Below are positions 36,527-41,543 of a stretch of DNA of 41,543 nt, piece by piece (position 1 is the stretch's first letter; each line of letters begins with the position of its first letter). Source of the stretch: Bdellovibrionales bacterium (lineage in GTDB: Bacteria > Bdellovibrionota > Bdellovibrionia > Bdellovibrionales > JAGQZY01); the NCBI GenBank assembly GCA_031426555.1, contig JANPLN010000016.1, positions 1-41,543 on the forward strand. Direction: 5' to 3'. A program made the position numbers and the translations under genes. The notes beneath the pieces are model-generated. The model saw nothing but the letters and a program-made list of their open reading frames with translations. It was not told where the DNA came from and ran no database searches.

Positions 36527-36558
36527 GCAAGGGAACCTAGCAGCTGAGGTTTCCAATG

Positions 36559-37326
36559 TCAGCTGAGAGGCGTTAAATCTACCTGCGTTATTTTTAACGA
36601 AGCGTCGCTCAGCAAGGTCTTTGCGAGGCGAATAAAGTGCGGAGACTGATCCGTAAGAAAAACTTTTAACGGCTCGGCTGTTGTGACCGGCATCGAAGAC
36701 TTTTTTAAAAGGTCTGCGAGAGAATCACCTGGATCCACAAGGTTAACGTCGGGCCCAACAATTTTTTGAATAATATTTTTTAAAAGCGGAAAGTGTGTAC
36801 AGCCCAAAATAATCACATCCACTTTTTGATCAAGCAAAGGCTGCACGTAACGAGCAATAACGGCTTCGGTGATCACATCGTCAATCCATCCACTCTCTAC
36901 TAAAGGGACTAGCAACGGGCTGGCCTGGGCGTAAAGCTCGAAGGGCGCGGCGATGAGTTTGTGGTATTGCCCACCATCCACGGTGGCTTGAGTTGCAAGT
37001 AGGCCAATTTTGCGCGATTTGGTTTTTAATTTGGCTTCTTCGCACGAGGGCGCAATTACGTTGTACAAAGGAATATCGTCTTGAATGTTGTATTGCAAAA
37101 TACTGCTGGAGGCCGAATGACAGGCCGACACAACCACATCCACGCCCTGGTTTTTTAAAAAACGAATATTTTGTTTGGTATAACGTTGAATCGTCTCCGG
37201 CGACTTTGTGCCGTAGGGCAAGCGGGCGGTGTCGCCCAAGTAGATAAACGAATCATTGGGTAAAGCCTTTTTAAGACTGGAGAGAACGGTGAGGCCCCCA
37301 ATACCGGAATCAAAAAGTCCGATCAT
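36559..37326 (-). CDS. murI: Glutamate racemase
   Basis: IGLFDSGIGGLTV, DTARLPYGTKS, ACHSAS, ILGCTHFPLL. Confidence 0.96.
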   Translation of the reverse strand: MIGLFDSGIGGLTVLSSLKKALPNDSFIYLGDTARLPYGTKSPETIQRYTKQNIRFLKNQGVDVVVSACHSASSSILQYNIQDDIPLYNVIAPSCEEAKLKTKSRKIGLLATQATVDGGQYHKLIAAPFELYAQASPLLVPLVESGWIDDVITEAVIARYVQPLLDQKVDVIILGCTHFPLLKNIIQKIVGPDVNLVDPGDSLADLLKKSSMPVTTAEPLKVFLTDQSPHFIRLAKTLLSDASLKITQVDLTPLS

Positions 37327-38000
37327 TTCAGCTCCAGTTTATGCTGAAGATCCTGAAACAGAAATAGCAAGTACAACCCTTGCCAGCAGAGAAAAAAGAA
37401 GCCCACAATTTCGAGAACAAGAACTTCCATCGGCGCTTGCAAAATCGACTGGCTGGTGCTGAGGGCGAAGGCCGCTGTTGCAAGAATTAAAATCAGCGAG
37501 GTCAAACTCCAAAAGCGACCTCGAGTCAGTGTTTCGGAGGCCTCAAGAGCGTCCAGTTCGCCAGCTTGATATTTTTTGCTCGAAGCGACGATGTAAACTA
37601 CAAATTGGTAGCGGATCATCTTCACAATTCCTGGAATGATAAATAAAAATCCCCAAAGGACAGCTTTCGCAAACGCTCGCAGAGACTCGATCAGGCCCAA
37701 CTCTGTATGTTTTTTTAAAAACGTCGGGAGAGGACTCTTGTGATAAAAATGAAAGCTGATTAATAAGACGGCTAAAACTTTAAACAGAGACTGAAGCAAA
37801 AAACCAACAATGGCCACGGCAAACATTTGCGGAATAAAGCTATCGGATTTTGCTTCCATGCGAATTTCTTGCAGGATAATCATGGCCTGATTAAAGCCCA
37901 GGTTTACAAGATGCATGCCGATCAGTGGTAGCGCAAAATGAGTGAGAAGTTCGGGAATACTTAATACTGACTTTTTACAGCGAGCCCACGAAAAAACCAT
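37323..38000 (-). CDS. Hypothetical integral membrane protein
   Basis: About 5 hydrophobic helices; LFIIPGI...ALEASETLTRGRFW pattern; 4-nt overlap with murI. Confidence 0.8.
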   Translation of the reverse strand: MVFSWARCKKSVLSIPELLTHFALPLIGMHLVNLGFNQAMIILQEIRMEAKSDSFIPQMFAVAIVGFLLQSLFKVLAVLLISFHFYHKSPLPTFLKKHTELGLIESLRAFAKAVLWGFLFIIPGIVKMIRYQFVVYIVASSKKYQAGELDALEASETLTRGRFWSLTSLILILATAAFALSTSQSILQAPMEVLVLEIVGFFFLCWQGLYLLFLFQDLQHKLELK

Positions 38001-38012
38001 TCGTCATTTATC

Positions 38013-39308
38013 CTATTCGAGATCGGCTTTGGCAAGTCCCAACCAACTATTTAAATAAGTGCCCTGCGGAAATTCCATCAGCATGGGGTGATCGGCGGCT
38101 TGCTGACCTTTTGCAAGCCAGAGCATTTTTTTGTGGGATTTCAAGGCGCTGGCGGTGAGCACTTCGGTTAAATCCACGTCGCTGAGGTGCTGCGAGCATG
38201 AGCAGGAGATCATCATGCCGCCGGGTTTTAAGGCACGCATGGCTGCGGAGTTAACCTTGGTGTAAGCAAACTTTCCGGCTTCGAAATCTTTTTTCGCTTT
38301 AATCAAAGCGGGAGGATCACAAACCACAATGTCGTAGGTCTGCGGTGGAATAAGCTCCATACATTTCTCCACGATGTCCATTTTTAAAGGAGTCACCCGG
38401 TCCGCGTAGGGCGCTACGTTTTTGGCGCAGAAGTCCAAGGCCTTTTGCGAACTGTCCACCGAGGTTACTTCCACCGTGGCGCCTTGATCTTTAAGATGTT
38501 TGGCGATTTGCGCGCTCCACTGGCCCACGTAGCAAAACAAATCCAAAACTCGAACGGGTGAAGAGCTAAATTTAGGCAGATTTTTAAGGAGGAGTTCAAC
38601 GTTGCTTCGTTGGTCGAGGAAAAATCCTGTTTTTTGCCCCTCAAATAAGTCGGTGTGAAAAATCACATAGTCTCGGGGGTGAAGAGATTGCGCGGAAATG
38701 ATGGAAATGGATTTTAACTGTTCGGCCGTTAACTCACCGAACACTTCGGCTTCGCGCACGTCGATGTTTTCCATCTTGCGAAAGGAATTATCACGCTTGA
38801 CCACCAAAGTGGTTTTTGCCCAGGCGTAGTAGTTAAAAGAATGCTCGGTGCAGGATTTCAAAAACATCTCAAAAATTTGCGGAAGGTTCTCCAGCCATCG
38901 ATCCATGCCGGCGGTGAGAATTTCGATGACAAAAATTTGCTGGCTTTGCGGTGTTTTAAAACAATCAATAACCAAGCCCGGCAGTTGATCGGCTTCGGAA
39001 AACACCAGGCGATGGGAGTATTTGGTGAGTTGCAATTGATCGCGCACGCGCGCAGCCTTGATGAGCTGGGCCGCAAACCAGGTACTGTCGATGGTGGCCG
39101 ATTCCGATCTTTGCAGGCAGCGGAAAGCGATGAGGGAGTGGGGGTTGCCATAACCGACGGCCAAAGTGCGTCCCTTGGAGTTGGTGAGTTTGACCAAGTC
39201 GCCAGGCTGGATTTTTTTTAAGGGAGAGGTGATTTCGTTGGAGAACACCCAAGGGTGCCCTTCGTTAAATCGCTTCTCTCCGCGCGGTGATATGTCCCAA
39301 GATTCCAT
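38013..39308 (-). CDS. rlmI: RlmI-family 23S rRNA (cytosine-C5) methyltransferase
   Basis: PUA-like GHPWVFSNEI, RLVFSEADQLPGLVID, GQKTGFFLDQR, VLDLFCYVG, DIVVCDPPA, SCSCS, DHP. Confidence 0.88.
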   Translation of the reverse strand: MESWDISPRGEKRFNEGHPWVFSNEITSPLKKIQPGDLVKLTNSKGRTLAVGYGNPHSLIAFRCLQRSESATIDSTWFAAQLIKAARVRDQLQLTKYSHRLVFSEADQLPGLVIDCFKTPQSQQIFVIEILTAGMDRWLENLPQIFEMFLKSCTEHSFNYYAWAKTTLVVKRDNSFRKMENIDVREAEVFGELTAEQLKSISIISAQSLHPRDYVIFHTDLFEGQKTGFFLDQRSNVELLLKNLPKFSSSPVRVLDLFCYVGQWSAQIAKHLKDQGATVEVTSVDSSQKALDFCAKNVAPYADRVTPLKMDIVEKCMELIPPQTYDIVVCDPPALIKAKKDFEAGKFAYTKVNSAAMRALKPGGMMISCSCSQHLSDVDLTEVLTASALKSHKKMLWLAKGQQAADHPMLMEFPQGTYLNSWLGLAKADLE

Positions 39309-39358
39309 GTTGAAAGGTTTAGCACGTCTTTTTGCACCAGGTCAAACGTCTGTAGGTT

Positions 39359-39382
39359 GGGGGTGTTCGTGGGAACACCCCC
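39359..39382. promoter_or_regulatory. Perfect GC-rich palindrome between divergent genes
   Basis: GGGGGTGTTC-GTGG-GAACACCCCC. Confidence 0.5.
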
Positions 39383-39420
39383 CGTCTTCAGTAAAAAACG
39401 TCTCATTCCGATAGGGTTTT

Positions 39421-39912
39421 ATGAGTCAATTTGGCCAGAGCCTCGGAGCCTTAAAGTCCATGGCGCAAAAAATTCGCTTTGTATCGTTCGATGTGGTGCA
39501 GTTCCAGGACAAGGAGATGCGCAGCCATTGGTATAAACACGACTCCATTGATCTCTATTACTTCGAAAAATCAAATCACGACTTAGTGAAAATTCATGTG
39601 AATGTCTTTGGGCAGGTGGTGGAATGGAATCGCTTTGATGGGGCGCGGACCGGCGTGATGATCGAAGAGGAAAAAGCCGGGGAAGTTTTTGAGATTCTGC
39701 AGTATGACTCTAGGCCCAACTCCCGAGCCCTGGCGCAGTGTTTGCTTGTCTTAGAAAACGCCTTTCAAATTGACGACGGCGCCCGAAAAAAAATGATCGG
39801 TTGCTTGCAAAATAAACAAGTCACCTCTCTCTGGAACACGTTTAAAGCATTTATTAGCCTGACAGACCTGCGAAGATCCATTAAAAAGAGGTCATGGTCA
39901 AAACGGGTATAA
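39421..39912 (+). CDS. Hypothetical protein
   Basis: 163-aa ORF overlapping the hemH start; VEWNR..G.RTG and YD motifs; no family recognised. Confidence 0.75.
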   Translation: MSQFGQSLGALKSMAQKIRFVSFDVVQFQDKEMRSHWYKHDSIDLYYFEKSNHDLVKIHVNVFGQVVEWNRFDGARTGVMIEEEKAGEVFEILQYDSRPNSRALAQCLLVLENAFQIDDGARKKMIGCLQNKQVTSLWNTFKAFISLTDLRRSIKKRSWSKRV

Positions 39913-40958
39913 TCATTGGTAATCTAGGGACTCCGCAAAGTCCTTCAGTCGCAGACGTTAAAACATATCTCAAACAATTTTTGATGGATCCCTACGTGAT
40001 CGATAAACCGTACTGGTTTCGAGCGCTGCTGGTGTATGGGATCATTGCACCTTTGCGATCCAGAAAGTCGGCCCATGCCTATTCCACAGTTTGGACAAAG
40101 GATGGGTCGCCGTTGTTAGTTTTTTCGCAAAAAGTCGTCAAAAAGATTCAAACGCGTTTGGGCAGCGGTTTTAAAGTTGTTCTCGGCATGCGCTACGGAA
40201 CTCCTTCCATTGGGCAGGCCCTGGAAGAGGTGCGCGACTGCGAAAAAATTCTTTTATTTCCGCAGTATCCTCAGTACGCGGAATCCTCCACGCAAACGTG
40301 GCTCGACGACGCTTATTTAGAAATTAAAAAACAAAATATCAAAGCGCAAATCATCACAGTGTCGTCGTTTTACGACGCTGAGGAATACCTATCTTCTCTG
40401 GCCTCGCTGGTGCAGCGAGAAATCGAAGGTAAAAACATCGACATGCTGCTGATGAGCTATCATGGTCTTCCCGAAAGACATGTCAAAAAGCTCGATCCAA
40501 GCCAAGCTCATTGCTTAAAACAACCCAACTGCTGCGACGAGATCAATAAAAATAATCAGCTTTGTTATCGCGCCCACTGCTATTACGTGTCGCGCGAACT
40601 GGCTCGGCGGTTGAAGCTTAAAAATTACCAAGTGAGTTTTCAATCGCGCCTGGGGCGAGATCCGTGGATTCAGCCGTTCACCGATCAGGTTCTGGAAGAA
40701 CTGCCAAAAAAAGGAATTAAAAACCTGGCGGTGGTTATGCCGGCGTTCACGGTGGATTGCTTAGAGACCCTTGAAGAGATCAACGATCGCGCCCGCGAGC
40801 AGTTTATGGAGGCTGGTGGGGAATCATTTCACGCCATTCGCTGTCTAAATGACGACGAGGAGTGGATGGGCCAATTGACGAAGCTTATTCAACGCAGCAT
40901 ACTAGCCGCCTCGGATCGACCCAATTCGGACCAAACGGCATCAGGAGGCCTCACATGA
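39894..40958 (+). CDS. hemH: Ferrochelatase with a Cys-rich insertion ([2Fe-2S]-type)
   Basis: NLGTP, GSPL, GMRYGTP, PQY, SYHGLP, FQSRLGRDPWIQP, FTVDCLETLEEI, CLND; insertion HCLKQPNCCDEINKNNQLC. Confidence 0.97.
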   Translation: MVKTGIIIGNLGTPQSPSVADVKTYLKQFLMDPYVIDKPYWFRALLVYGIIAPLRSRKSAHAYSTVWTKDGSPLLVFSQKVVKKIQTRLGSGFKVVLGMRYGTPSIGQALEEVRDCEKILLFPQYPQYAESSTQTWLDDAYLEIKKQNIKAQIITVSSFYDAEEYLSSLASLVQREIEGKNIDMLLMSYHGLPERHVKKLDPSQAHCLKQPNCCDEINKNNQLCYRAHCYYVSRELARRLKLKNYQVSFQSRLGRDPWIQPFTDQVLEELPKKGIKNLAVVMPAFTVDCLETLEEINDRAREQFMEAGGESFHAIRCLNDDEEWMGQLTKLIQRSILAASDRPNSDQTASGGLT

Positions 40959-41543
40959 ACTTTTTAAAACAAATTTTAGCCAGCGCCATTGGAACTTTTG
41001 TGGCTTTCGGCGTCTTTAGCTTGCTCACTATCTTTATTATTTTCGGAGTCATCGGATTTTTTGCAGCTTCCTACGGCGGCGGCGGTGAAAGCTCTGTGGT
41101 CGTCGAAGAAAAATCGATATTGTTTATCAACGTTGAGGGTGAAATCGCCGAACGCCGGGGCGCTGTGGATGTGGTGCAGGAAGTTTTGTACGACGAAAAA
41201 CCAAAAACCATTGGGCTTTTTGAAATGCGCGAGGCCTTAGCTGCGGCTGCCACCGACAAAAACATCAAAGGCGTCTACCTGCGCTTGCGCTATGCCGAGA
41301 GTGGTTGGGCGAAGATCGAGACTCTGCGCAATCTTTTGAAAAAATTTAAAAAAAGCGGAAAGTTTATTATCGCCTACAGCGAAGCTTATGACGAAAAACT
41401 TTATTACCTGGCAACAGTGGCCAACGAAATTTTAATGTATCCTCTGGGTGAATTCGAATTTAACGGTATTTTTTCACAGTCCATGTTTTTTAAAAAGACG
41501 CTGGCCAAGCTCGAAGTGGAGCCCACGTTGATCCGCGCCGGAA
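40955..41543 (+). CDS. sppA: Signal peptide peptidase SppA (67K type), 3' end outside the window
   Basis: ATG 40955 with an AGGAGG RBS. Manual translation gives MNFLKQILAS...AATDKNIKGVYL...LRNLLKKFKKSGKFIIAYS...YYLATVANEILMYP.G...FFKKTLAKLEV...RAG. Confidence 0.92.
   Translation, partial: MNFLKQILASAIGTFVAFGVFSLLTIFIIFGVIGFFAASYGGGGESSVVVEEKSILFINVEGEIAERRGAVDVVQEVLYDEKPKTIGLFEMREALAAAATDKNIKGVYLRLRYAESGWAKIETLRNLLKKFKKSGKFIIAYSEAYDEKLYYLATVANEILMYPLGEFEFNGIFSQSMFFKKTLAKLEVEPTLIRAG

Noticed and set aside
40989..41268. Two short ORF-track entries at the window end
   Set aside because: Both lie inside the sppA reading frame that starts at 40955 and runs off the window.
1..41543. tRNA/rRNA genes, prophage, integrase, transposase or defence systems; numerous short antisense ORFs
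   Set aside because: No supporting motifs were seen. The antisense ORFs lie within well-supported genes and lack independent evidence.

Overview
Bacterial chromosomal window, most consistent with a Bdellovibrionota (Bdellovibrio-like) genome. This is an inference from an xQNC lipobox, a ferrochelatase with a Cys-rich insertion, many exported hypothetical proteins and G-run ribosome-binding sites. In order, it contains: a partial outer-membrane beta-barrel gene coupled to an 1801-aa lipoprotein; a THUMP RNA methyltransferase; DedA; two PPIases; fadE; a 2Fe-2S ferredoxin; a haem operon (short hemA, hemC-hemD-like fusion, hemL, embedded two-component system, hemE, hemN, hemY-type oxidase, LolC/E-like permease); an NhaP-type antiporter; DUF805; a cytochrome c lipoprotein / CxxCH protein / Tat-exported DUF1501-like trio; an rlmI-membrane protein-murI-mpaA-dapD-queD operon; hemH; and a partial sppA. 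No tRNA, rRNA, CRISPR array or transposase was seen. The best leads are: (1) a putative small RNA at about 10099-10250 (minus strand) built from tandem hairpins that each display a CCCCC loop, ending in an intrinsic terminator and complementary to the GGGG(G) ribosome-binding sites of many neighbouring exported-protein genes; (2) the beta-barrel plus giant lipoprotein pair, with a duplicated Cys/NPWD domain and a pore-former-like hairpin; (3) the two-component system inside the haem operon, with an 11-bp-spaced TGACAAT repeat in the operon promoter; (4) the cytochrome c / DUF1501-like operon; (5) an unannotated 38-aa Ser/Lys protein; (6) a 41-bp inverted-repeat element. All family calls come from motif recognition by eye, with no database searches.
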